Below are positions 15,201-28,424 of a stretch of DNA of 64,000 bases, piece after piece (position 1 is the stretch's first letter; every line of letters begins with the position of its first letter). Location: assembly GCF_009914755.1 (NCBI RefSeq), contig NC_060940.1. One strand, 5' to 3'. This DNA comes from the human T2T-CHM13v2.0 reference genome, Homo sapiens. The notes beneath the pieces are model-generated. The model was not told the origin of the DNA. It searched no databases and worked only from the letters and a program-made list of their open reading frames with translations. Position numbers and translations under genes: made by a program.

Positions 15201-18200
15201 CATTCGGCGATGATTCCATATGAGTCAATTCAATGATGATTCCATATGGGTCCGTTCGATGATAATTCCATTTGATTTCATTCGATGCTTCTATTCTATT
15301 CCAGTCGATGATGATTCCGTTGGAGTCCATACGATGATTCCATTTGATTTCATTTGATGATGATTCCATTCGATGATGATTACATTGGATTCCATTCTAT
15401 GATTCCATTCAATTCCATTCGTTGATGATTCGATTCCATTCAATGATGATTCCATTTGAGTTCATTCTATGATTCTATTCGATTCCGTTCGATGGTGATT
15501 CAATTCTATTATATTGGATGATTCCACTCGATTCCATTTGATGATTATTCCATTGGAGTCCACTTAGTGAATCCTTTAGATTCTACTCGACGATGATTCC
15601 ATTCGAGTCCATTCGATGATACCATTCAATTCCATTCGTTGATGCTTCCATTCAAGTGCATTCGATGATATCATTCGATTCCATTTGATGATAATTCCAT
15701 TTGATTCCATGTGATGATTCTATTCGATTCCATTCAATGATAATTCCATTCAATTCAGTGATTCCTCTGGACTCCATTTGATGATGATTCCATTCAATGA
15801 TTCCATTCGATTCTATTCGAAAATGATTCCATTTGAATCCATTTGATGATGATTCCATTAGATTCCATTTGATGATTCCATTCGATTCCATTCGACGATG
15901 ATTCCATTCGATTCCGTTTGATGATTCCATTCTATTCTATTCGATGATGATTCCATTCGATTCCATTCGATGATGATTGGATTCGATTCCATTGGATGAT
16001 TTCATTTGATTCCATTCGTTAATGATTTCGATCAATTCCATTCGATGATTCCATTCGATTCCATTCGATAATGATTACATCCGAGTCCATTCGATGATTC
16101 CCTTTGAGCCTGTTCGATAATTCCATTTGAGTCCAACCAATGATTCCATTCATTTCCATTCAATGATTCCATTCGAGTCCATTTGATCATTCCGGTAGGG
16201 TCCATTCGATGTTGATTCCATTGGAGTGCATTCGATGATTCCATTCGAGTCCATTTTATGATTTGATTCGAGTCCTTTCGATGATTCCATTCGATTCCAC
16301 TCGATGATGATTTCATTCGAGTCCATTCGACACTTCCAATCGATTCCATTTGATGATTACATTCGAGTCCAATTGATGATTCCATTCAATTCCATTCGAT
16401 GATGATTCCGTACGATTCCATTCTGTGATGATTCCATGTGATTGCATTCAATGATGATTCCTTTCGATTGCATTCGATTATGATTCATTTCGTGTTCATT
16501 CTATGGTTCCACAGGTTTCCATTCGTGTCCATTCCATTATTCCATTCTATTCCATTTGATGATGATTCCATTCGATTCCATTCATTGGTGATTCCACTCA
16601 ATTCCATTCAATGATTCCATTCCATTTCTTTCAACAATGATTCCATTAGTTTCTAATCGATGATCCACTTGATTCCATTTGACGACGATTCCATTCTTGT
16701 CCATTCGATGATTCCATTTGATTCCATATGATGATGATTCCATTCGATTCCATACCATGATGATTCCATTCGAGTCCATTCAATGGTGATTCCATTCAAT
16801 TCCATTCGATGATTCCTTTCGATTCCATTCGATGATGATGGCATTCGATTCCTTTCAATCATTCCCTTTGATTCCATTCAAAGGTGATTTCATTCAAGTC
16901 CATTCGATAATTGCATTCGATTCCATTCTATGATGATTCCATTCGAGTCCATTTGATGATTCCATTCAATTCAAGTCAATGATGATTCCATTCGATTCCA
17001 TTCGATGATTCCATTGGATTCCATTCGATGATGATTCCATTCAAATCCATTCGATAATTCAATTCAAGTCCATTCGATGATGATTCCAATCGAATCCATT
17101 CAAAGATTCCATTCAGTTCCATTCGATGATTCCCTTAGATTCCATTCGATGATTCCACTTGATTGCATTTACGATGATTCCATTCGATTCCATGTGATGA
17201 TTCCATTCAATTCTATTCAATGATGTCTCCATTTGATTCCATTCGACCATGATTGCCTTTGATTCCATTCAATGATTCCATTCGGTTCCGTTTGATGATG
17301 ATTCCGTTCGATTCCATTTGATGATTCCATTTGATTCCATTGGATGAGTCCATTCGATTACATTCGATGATTATTCCATTCGAGTGCATTAGATGATTCC
17401 ATTCGAGTCCATTCGATGATTCCATTCGATTCCATTCGATGTTGATTCTGTTCAAATCCATTCGATGATTCCACTCGATTCCATTCGTTGACTCCATTTG
17501 ATCCCATTCGATGATTTCCTTTGATTCCCTTTGTTGATCATTCCATTTGATTCAATTCGGTGATTTCATTTGATTCCATTCAGTGATGTTTCCATTCGAC
17601 TCCATTCGATGATGATTCCATTCGACTCCATTCGATTATGATTTCATTCAATTCCATTCGATAATGATTCCCTTCGAGTCCATTCGATGATTCCATTCGA
17701 TTCCATTCAACGATGATTTGATTCGTGTCCATTCGATGATTCCATTTGATTCCACTTGATGATGATTCCATTCGAGTCCATTTGATGATTCCATTCAATT
17801 CCATACTCCGATGATTTCTTTTGAGCCCACTCAATGCTTCCACTCGATTCCATATGATGATGACTCCATTCGATGAAATTCGATGATGATTCCATTCGCT
17901 TGCTTTCGATGATGATTCCACTTGAGTCCGTTAGAAGATTCTATTCAATTACATTCCAGGACGATTCCGTTCGAGTCCATTTGATGATTCCATTAGACTC
18001 CATTCGACGATGATTCCATTCGATGTTATTCGATGATTCCATTCGATCTCATTCGATGATGATTCCATTCAACTCCATTCGATGTTTCCATTCGAGTTCA
18101 TTCTATTATTCCATTAGATTCCATTCGATGATGATTCCATTCGATTCCATTTGATGATTGCATTCTATTTCATTTGATGATGATTCCATTCGAGTCCACT

Positions 18201-18336
18201 CGATGATTCCATTCGAGTCCATTTAATGAATCCATTGGTTTCAATTCTATGATGATTACATTGGATTCCATTCGTTGATGATTTCATTCGGTTCCATTCA
18301 ATGATGATTCCATTCAATTCCTTTCAATGTTTCCAT
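12225..18336 (+). repeat. HOR unit U3 (full)
   Basis: Offset is +12224 throughout (e.g. 5356->17580). Confidence 0.95.
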
Positions 18337-21300
18337 TCAATTCCATACGATGATGATTCCATTTGATTTGATTCGACAGTGAGCCATTCGATTCAATTCC
18401 ATGATGATTCTATTTGATTCAATTGGTTGACATTTCCATTCGATTCCATTCGATGATGATTCCCTTTGATTCCGTTCAAAGATGATTCCATTCTAGCCCA
18501 TTCAATCATTCCATTCGATTCTATTCAATGATGATTCCATTCATGTCGATTTGGTGATTCCATTTGACTTCATTTGATGATGATTCCTTTCAAGTTCATT
18601 AGATGATTCCATTCGATTCCATTTGATGATGATCCCATTCGAGTCCATTCAGTGATTCCATTCGTTTCCATTCCATGATGATTCCATTCCTTTCCATTCA
18701 ATGATTCCATTCGATTCCGTTTGATGATGATTTCATTCGAGTCCATTTGATGATTCCATTTGATTCCATTCGATGATGATTCCATTCGAGTCCATTCGAT
18801 GATTCTATTCGAATCCATTTGATGATTTCTTTTGATTATATTTGGTGATGATTCCATTGGAGTCCATTCAATGATTCCATTCTATTCCAATCGATGATGA
18901 TTCCATTAGAGTCCATTTAATGATTCCATTTGATTCCAGTCTCTGATGATTACATTCGAGTCCATACGATGATTCCACTCAATTCCATATGATGATGATT
19001 CCATTTGATTCCATTCGGTGATTCCGTTCTATTCTATTCAATGGTGATTCCATTCGAGTACATTAGATGATTCCATTCGATTCCATTCAATGATGATTCT
19101 ATTTGTGTCCCTTAGATGATTCCACATGATTCCATTAGATGATGATACTATTTCAGCCCATCCAATGATTCCCTTCGATTCCATTCGATGAGGATTCCAT
19201 TCGATTCAATTCATTGGTGATTCTATTCAATTCAATTCTTTGATTCCATTCCATTCCATTCGACAATGATTCCATTCGATTTCTTTCGATGATTCCACTC
19301 GATTCCACTTGACATTGATTCCATTCGATTCCATTCAATGATTCCATTTGATTCCAGTGGATGATGATTGCCATCGATTCCATTCGATCACTCCATTCTA
19401 TTCCATTTGATGATGATTACATTCGATTCCATTTGATGATTCCATCTGATTCTATTCGAGGATTCCATTTGATTCCATTCGATGATGATTCCATTCGAGT
19501 CCATTCGATGATTTCATTCGAGTACATCCAATGATTCCATTCGAGTCCATTAGATGATTCCATTTGATTCCATTTGAAAATGATTCTACTAGAGTCCATT
19601 CAATGACTCCATTCGAGTCCATTCAACAATTCCATTCGACTCCATTCGATGATTCCATTCGATTCCATTTGATGGTTCCATTCGAGTCCATTTGGTGATT
19701 CCACCGGATTTCTTTTGATAATGATATCATTCAATTACATTTGATGATGATCCCATTCAATTTCATTTGATGATGACTCCATTAGAGTCCATTCGATGAT
19801 TTCATTCGAGTCCCTTCATTGATTCCATCCGATTTCATTGGATGATAACTCCATTCGAGTCCATTCGATGATTCCACTCGATTCCATTAGATGATTCCAT
19901 TGGAGTCCATTTGATTGTTCCATTCGATTCCATTCGATTCCTTTCGAAGATTATTCCATTTGAGTCCATTCGATGATGATTCCATTCCATTCCATTCGAT
20001 GATTCCGTTTGATTCCATTCGATGATTCCCTTTGATTCCTTTCTTTGATGATTCCATTCCATTCCATTCAATGATTCCATTCGAATCTATTCCATGATGA
20101 TTCCTTTCGATTCCATTCGCTGATGTTTCCGTTCAATTCCATTCGGTGATGATTCCATTCGATTCCATTCATTGAGGATTCCATTTGATTCCATTCAATG
20201 ATGATTCCATTCTATTCCATTCAATGATTGCATTCAATTCCATTCAATGATTATCCCCTTAGAGTAAACTCAACGATTCCATTCAATACCATTCGATGAT
20301 GATTCCTTTTGAGTCCATTCAATGATTTCATTCAAGTCCATTTGATGATTCCTTTCAATTCCATTCTATGATGATTCCATTCGAGTCCATTCGATGATTC
20401 CATTCGATTGCATTCGATTATTCCATTATATTCCAGTCAATGATGATTCCATTCGAGTCCATTCGATGATTCCATTAGAGTACATTTAATGATTGCTTTG
20501 TTTTCAATTCGAAGATGATTACATTGGATTCCATTCTATGATACCATTCGATTCCATTCAATGATGATTCCACTCAAATCCATTGGATGATTCCATTCGT
20601 GTCCATTCGGTGATTTCATTAGATTCCATTCGAGGATGATTCCATTCGATTCCATTCGATGATTCCATTCAATTCCATTCGATGAAGATTCCATTCCAGT
20701 CCATATGATCATTCCATTTGATTTCATTCGATGATGATTCCATTCGATTCCATTCGATGATTCCATTCTATTCCATTCGATGATGATTCCATTGGAGTCC
20801 ATTCGATGATTGCATTCGAGTCCATTTAATGATTCCATTGGGTTCAATTCAATGATGATTACATTGGATTCCGTTCTATGATTCCATTCAATTCCGTTCA
20901 TTGACAATTTGATTCCATTCGATGATGATTCCGTTTGAGTTCATTCGATGATTCTATTCGATTCTCTTCGATGGTGATTCAATTCTATTATATTGGATGA
21001 TTCCATTCGATTCCATTTGATGTTGATTCAATTCGATTCTATTCGATGATGATTCCATTGGATTTCACTTGATGATTCTATTCGATTCCATTCAATGATG
21101 ATTCACTTCTCATCCATTGGATGATTCCATTTCATTCCATTCGATGATGATTCCATTCGATTCCATTCGATGATTCCATTTGATTCCATGTGACGGTGAG
21201 CAACTCGATTCAATTCCATGATGATTCTATTTGATTCAATTAGATGATGTTTCCATTCGAATCCATTCCATGATTATTCCATTGGAATCCATTTGGTGAT

Positions 21301-23886
21301 GATTCCATATGAGTCAATTCAATGATGATTCCATATGGGTCCGTTCGATGATAATTCCATTTGATTTCATTCGATGCTTCTATTCTATTCCAGTCGATGA
21401 TGATTCCGTTGGAGTCCATACGATGATTCCATTTGATTTCATTTGATGATGATTCCATTCGATGATGATTACATTGGATTCCATTCTATGATTCCATTCA
21501 ATTCCATTCGTTGATGATTCGATTCCATTCAATGATGATTCCATTTGAGTTCATTCGATGATTCTATTCGATTCCGTTCGATGGTGATTCAATTCTCTTA
21601 TATTGGATGAATCCACTCGATTCCATTTGATGATTATTCCATTGGAGTCCACTTAGTGAATCCTTTAGATTCTACTCGAAGATGATTCCATTCGAGTCCA
21701 TTCAATGATACCATTCAATTTCATTCGTTGATGCTTCCATTCAAGTGCATTCGATGATATCATTCGATTCCATTTGATGATAATTCCATTTGATTCCATG
21801 CGATGATTCTATTCGATTCCATTCAATGATAATTCCATCCAATTCAGTGATTCCTCTGGACTCCATTTGATGATGATTCCATTCAATGATTCCATTCGAT
21901 TCTATTCCAAAATGATTCCATTTGAATCCATTTGATGATGATTCCATTAGATTCCATTTGATGATTCCATTCGATTCCATTTGACGATGATTCCATTCGA
22001 TTCCATTTGATGATTCCATTCTATTCTATTCGATGATGATTCCATTCGATTCCATTCGATGATGATTGGATTCGATTCCATTTGATGATTTCATTTGATT
22101 CCATTCGTTAATGATTTCGATCAACTCCATTCGATGATTCCATTTGATTCCATTCGATAATGATTACATCCGAGTCCATTCGATGATTCCATTTGAGCCC
22201 GTTCGATAATTCCATTTGAGTCCAATCAATGATTCCATTCATTTCCATTCAATGATTCCATTCGAGTCCATTTGATCATTCTGGTAGGGTCCGTTCGATG
22301 TTGATTCCATTGGAGTGCATTCGATGATTCCATTCGAGTCCATTTTATGATTTGATTCGAGTCCTTTCGATGATTCCATTCGATTCCACTCGATGATGAT
22401 TTCATTCGAGTCCATTCGACACTTCCAATCGATTCCATTTGATGTTTCCATTCGAGTCCAATTGATGATTCCATTCAATTCCATTCGATGATGATTCCGT
22501 ACGATTCCATTCTGTGATGATTCCATGTGATTGCATTCAATGATGATTCCTTTCGATTGCATTCGATTATGATTCATTTCGTGTTCATTCTATGGTTCCA
22601 CAGGTTTCCATTCGATGACGTTTCCGTTCGTGTCCATTCCATTATTCCATTCTATTTCATTTGATGATGATTCCATTCGATTCCATTCATTGGTGATTCC
22701 ACTCAATTCCATTCAATGATTCCATTCCATTTCTTTCAACAATGATTCCATTAGTTTCTATTCGATGATCCACTTGATTCCATTTGGCGATGATTCCATT
22801 CGTGTCCATTCGATGATTCCATTTGATTCCATATGATGATGATTCCATTCGATTCCATACCATGATGATTCCATTCGAGTCCATTCAATGGTGATTCCAT
22901 TCAATTCCATTCGATGATTCCTTCCGATTCCATTCGATGATGATGGCATTCGATTCCTTTCAATCATTCCCTTTGATTCCATTCAAAGGTGATTTCATTC
23001 AAGTCCATTCGATAATTGCATTCGATTCCATTCTATGATGATTCCATTCGAGTCCATTTGATGATTCCATTCAATTCAAGTCAATGATGATTCCATTCGA
23101 TTCCACTCGATGATTCCATTGGATTCCATTCGATGATGATTCCATTCAAATCCATTCGATAATTCAATTCAAGTCCATTCGATGATGATTCCAATCGAAT
23201 CCATTCAAAGATTCCATTCAATTCCATTCGATGATGATTCCCTTAGATTCCATTCGATGATTCCACTTGATTCCATTTACGATGATTCCATTCGATTCCA
23301 TGTGATGAATCCATTCAATTCTATTCAATGATGTTTCCATTTGATTCCATTGGACCATGATTGCCTTTGATTCCATTCAATGATTCCATTCGGTTCCATT
23401 TGATGATGATTCCGTTCGATTCCATTTCATTATTCCATTTGATTCCATTGGATGAGTCCATTCGATTACATTCGATGATTATTCCATTCGAGTGCATTAG
23501 ATGATTGCATTCGAGTCCATTCGATGATTCCATTCGATTCCATTCGATGTTGATTCTGTTCAAATCCATTCGATGATTCCACTCGATTCCATTCGATGAC
23601 TCCATTTGATCCCATTCGATGATTTCCTGTGATTCCCTTTGATGATCATTCTATTTGATTCAATTCGGTGATTTCATTTCATTCCATTCAGTGATGTTTC
23701 CATTCGACTGTATTCGATGATGATTCCATTCGACTCCATTCGATTATGATTTCATTCAATTCCATTCAATAATGATTCCCTTCGAGTCCATTCGATGATT
23801 CCATTCGATTCCATTCAACGATGATTTGATTCGTTTCCATTCGATGATTCCATTTGATTCCACTTGATGATGATTCCATTCGAGTC
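18337..23886 (+). repeat. HOR unit U4, truncated at unit position ~5555, diverged variant (-23, +16, +3 bp indels)
   Basis: Offset changes 18336->18313 (loss of aatcattacagtcgagtccattt at ~19693), ->18329 (extra gatgacgtttccgttc at ~22614), ->18332 (~23232). Colinearity ends at cgagtc|tatttatgtattat (~23887). Confidence 0.9.
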
Positions 23887-25696
23887 TATTTATGTATTAT
23901 ATTCGTGTCCACTTCATGATTCCATTCAATTCCATTTAATGTTGATTCCATTTGATTCCATTTGATGATTCAGTTCGATTCCTTGCAATGATTCCCTACG
24001 ATTCCTTTCTATGAGGATTCCATTAGATTCCATTCATTTATGATTTCATTCGACTCCATTCGATGATGATTCCTTTCGATTCCATTTGACGATGTTTCCA
24101 TTCGAGTCCATTCGATGATGATTCTATTCAATTCTGTTCTATTATGATTCCATTCGATTTCATTCAATGCTTCTATTTGATTCCATTCGATGATGATTCC
24201 ATCTCTTTCCCTTCGATGATTCCATTTGATTCCATTCAGTGATGATTCCATTTGATTCCATCTGATGATGATTTCACTTGATTCCTTTCAATGATGATTC
24301 AATTCAAGTCCATTCGATGATTCCATTGGAGTCCAAACGATCATTCCGTTCGATTCCATTCAATGGTGATTCCATTCATGTCCATTCGATGAATCCATTC
24401 AATTCCATTCGATGATGACTCCATTCGAGTACATTCGATGATTCCATTTGATTCCATTTGAAGATGATTCCATTCAATTCCATTCGAAGATGATTCCATT
24501 CAATTCCATTCGATGATGATTCCGTATGAATCCATTCTCTGATTATTCCATTTGATTCCATTCATTGACGATTCCATTCAATTCCATTCAATGATGATTC
24601 TCTTCTATTCCATTCGATGATTCCGGTCGATTCCATTCGATGATGATTCCATTAGATTCCATTCGATTGTTGCATTCGATTCCCTTCGATGATGATTCCT
24701 TTGAATTCCATTCGATTATCATTCCGTATGAATCCATTTGATGATTATTCCATTGGATTCCTTTCGATGATGATTCCATTCGATTCCATTTGATGATGTT
24801 TCTCTTGTATTCCATTGGATAATTCCTTTCAGTTCCCTTCGATGATTATTCTTTCGAGTCAATTCGATGATTCTATTCCATTCCCTTCGATGATGATTCC
24901 ATTTCACTCCATTGGATGATTCCATTCGACTCAATTTGGTGATGATTCAATTCGATGACATTCGATGACTCCATTCAATTTCATTTGATGATGATTACAT
25001 TCGAGTCCATTTGATGATTGTATTCCTTTCCTTTTGATGATTATTCCATTCGTGTCTATTCAAAGAATCCATTCTATTCCATTCAATGATGATTGCATTT
25101 GATTCCATTCAATGATTATGGCTATCGATTCCACTCGTTGATTCCATTTGATTCCGTTCGATGATTATTCCGTTAGATTCCATTAGAAGATTCCATTCGA
25201 TTTTATTCAATGATTCCAATGGATTCCATTCAATGATGATTCCATTCGACTCCATTCAGTGATTCCATTCGAGTCCATTTGATGATTCCATTCTTTTCCA
25301 TTTGATGATGATTCCATTAGGGTCCATTCAATGATTCCATTCGAGTCCATTCGTTAATGCCTTTCGAGTCCTTTTGATCACTACATTCGAGTCCATTCAA
25401 TGATTCTATTCGATTTCATTCCATGATGATTCCATTCGAGTTCATTCGATGATTGCATTCGAGTCCATTTGATGATTCCATATGATTCCATTCGTGTCCA
25501 TTTGATGATTCCATTCATTTCCTATCGATGAAGATTCCATTCAAGGGTATTCGATGATTCCATTCAAATCCATTCGATGATGATTCCATTCCAGTCCATT
25601 CGATCATTCCACTTGATTCCATTTGATGACTATTCCATTCAAATCCATTTGATGATTCCATTCGATTCCATTCGATGTTACCATTCGAGTATATAC
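23887..25696 (+). repeat. Single-copy divergent HSat2 block (block X, ~1.81 kb), not colinear with the 6,112-bp HOR
   Basis: Still CATTC/GATGAT satellite, but it has words I did not see elsewhere in the window (tatttatgtattat, ttccctacg, gtccaaacga, ttccggtcga, ttatggctatcg, caagggtatt) and unique ORFs at 24009-24934. Confidence 0.9.
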
Positions 25697-28424
25697 GATG
25701 ATTCCACTCGATTCCATTTGATGATTATTCCATTGGAGTCCACTTAGTGAATCCTTTAGATTCTACTCGAAGATGATTCCATTCGAGTCCATTCGATGAT
25801 ACCATTCAATTCCATTCGTTGATGCTTCCATTCAAGTGCATTCGATGATATCATTCGATTCCATTTGATGATAATTCCATTTGATTCCATGCGATGATTC
25901 TATTCGATTCCATTCAATGATAATTCCATTCAATTCAGTGATTCCTCTGGACTCCATTTGATGATGATTCCATTCAATGATTCCATTCGATTCTATTCCA
26001 AAATGATTCCATTTGAATCCATTTGATGATGATTCCATTGGATTCCATTTGATGATTCCATTCGATTCCATTCGATGATGATTCCATTCGATTCCATTTG
26101 ATGATTCCATTCTATTGCATTCGATGATGATTCCATTCGATTCCATTCGATGATGATTGGATTCGATTCCATTTGATTCCATTCGATAATGATTTCGATC
26201 AATTCCATTCGATGATTCCATTCGATTCCATTCGATAATGATTACATCCGAGTCCATTCGATGATTCCATTTGAGCCCGTTCGATAATTCCATTTGAGTC
26301 CAATCAATGATTCCATTCATTTCCATTCAATGATTCCATTCGAGTCCATTTGATCATTCCGGTAGGGTCCGTTCGATGTTGATTCCATTGGAGTGCATTC
26401 GATGATTCCATTCGAGTCCATTTTAGGATTTGATTCGAGTCCTTTCGATGATTCCATTCGATTCCACTCGATGATTTCATTCGAGTCCATTCGACACTTC
26501 CAATCGATTCCATTTGATGTTTCCATTCGATTCCAATTGATGATTCCATTCAATTCCATTCGATGATGATTCCGTACGATTCCATTCTGTGATGATTCCA
26601 TGTGATTGCAATCAATGATGATTCCTTTCGATTGCATTCGATTATGATTCATTTCGTGTTCATTCTATGGTTCCACAGGTTTCCATTCGATGATGTTTCC
26701 ATTCGTTTCCATTCCATTATTAGATTCTATTCCATTTGAAGATGATTCCATTCGATTCCATTCATTGGTGATTCCACTCAATTCCATTCAATGATTCCAT
26801 TCCATTTCTTTCAACAATGATTCCATTAGTTTCTATTCGATGATCCACTTGATTCCATTTGACGATGATTCCATTCGTGTCCATTCGATGATTCCATTTG
26901 ATTCCATATGATGATGATTCCATTCGATTCCATACGATGATGATTCCATTCGAGTCCATTCAATGGTGATTCCATTCAATTCCATTCGATGATTCCTTTC
27001 GATTCCATTCAATGATGATGGCATTCGATTCCTTTCGATCATTCCCTTTGATTCCATTCAAATGTGATTTCATTCAAGTCCATTCGATAATTGCATTCGA
27101 TTCCATTCTATGATGATTCCATTCGAGTCCATTTGATGATTCCATTCAATTCAAGTCAATGATGATTCCATTCGATTCCACTCGATGATTCCATTGGATT
27201 CCATTCGATGATGATTCCATTCAAATCCATTCGATAATTCAATTCAAGTCCATTCGATGATGATTCCAATCGAATCCATTCAAAGATTCCACTCAATTCC
27301 ATTCGATGATGATTCCCTTAGATTCCATTCGATGATTCCACTTGATTCCATTTACGATGATTCCATTCGATTCCATGTGATGATTCCATTCAATTCTATT
27401 CAATGATGTTTCCACTTGATTCCATTCGAACATGATTGCCTTTGATTCCATTCAATGATTCCATACGGTTCCATTTGATGATGATTCCATTCGAGTGCAT
27501 TAGATGATTCCATTCGAGTCCATTCGATGATTCCATTCGATTCCATTCGATGTTGATTCTGTTCAAATCCATTCGATGATTCCACTCGATTCCATTCGAT
27601 GACTCCATTTGATCCCATTCGATGATTTCCTTTGATTCCCTTTGATGATCATTCCATTTGATTCAATTCGGTGATTTCATTTGATTCCATTCAGTGATGT
27701 TTCCATTCAACTCCTTTCGATGATGATTCCATTCGACTCCATTCGATTATGATTTCATTCAATTCCATTCGATAATGATTCCCTTCAAGTCCATTCGATG
27801 ATTCCATTCGATTCCATTCAACGATGATTTGATTCGTGTCCATTCGATGATTCCATTTGATTCCATTTGATGATGATTCCATTCGAGTCCCTTTCATGAT
27901 TCCATTCAATACCATTCTCCGATGATTTCTTTTGAGCCCATTCAATGCTTCCACTCGATTCCATATGATGATGACTCCATTTGATGAAATTCCATGATGA
28001 TTCCATTCGCTTGCATTCGATGATGATTCCACTTGAGTCCGTTAGAAGATTCTATTCAATTACATTCCATGACGATTCTGTTCGAGTCCATTTGATGATT
28101 CCATTAGACTCCATTCGACGATGATTCCATTCGATGTTATTCGATGATGATTCCATTCAACTCCATTCGATGTTTCCATTCGAGTTCATTCTATTATTCC
28201 ATTAGATTCCATTCGATGATGATTCCATTCGATTCCATTTGATGATTGCATTCTATTTCATTTGATGATGATTCCATTCGAGTCCATTCGATGATTCCAT
28301 TCGAGTCCATTTAATGAATCCATTGGTTTCAATTCTATGATGATTACATTGGATTCCATACGTTGATGATTTCATTCGATTCCATTCAATGATGATTCCA
28401 TTCAATTCCATTCAATGATTCCAT
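25697..28424 (+). repeat. Partial diverged HOR unit U5 (unit positions ~3293-6112; -13, -3, +16, +3, -72, -23 bp indels)
   Basis: Colinearity resumes at gatgattccactcgattcc...ggagtccacttagtgaatcc. Offsets run 22404->22391->22404->22407->22335->22312. Confidence 0.9.

Noticed and set aside
23887-25696. Transposon or viral insertion with target-site duplication
   Set aside because: The block is itself CATTC satellite with no poly-A tail, terminal repeats or coding sequence. The ~2.3-kb flanking duplication is diverged and far too long for a target-site duplication.
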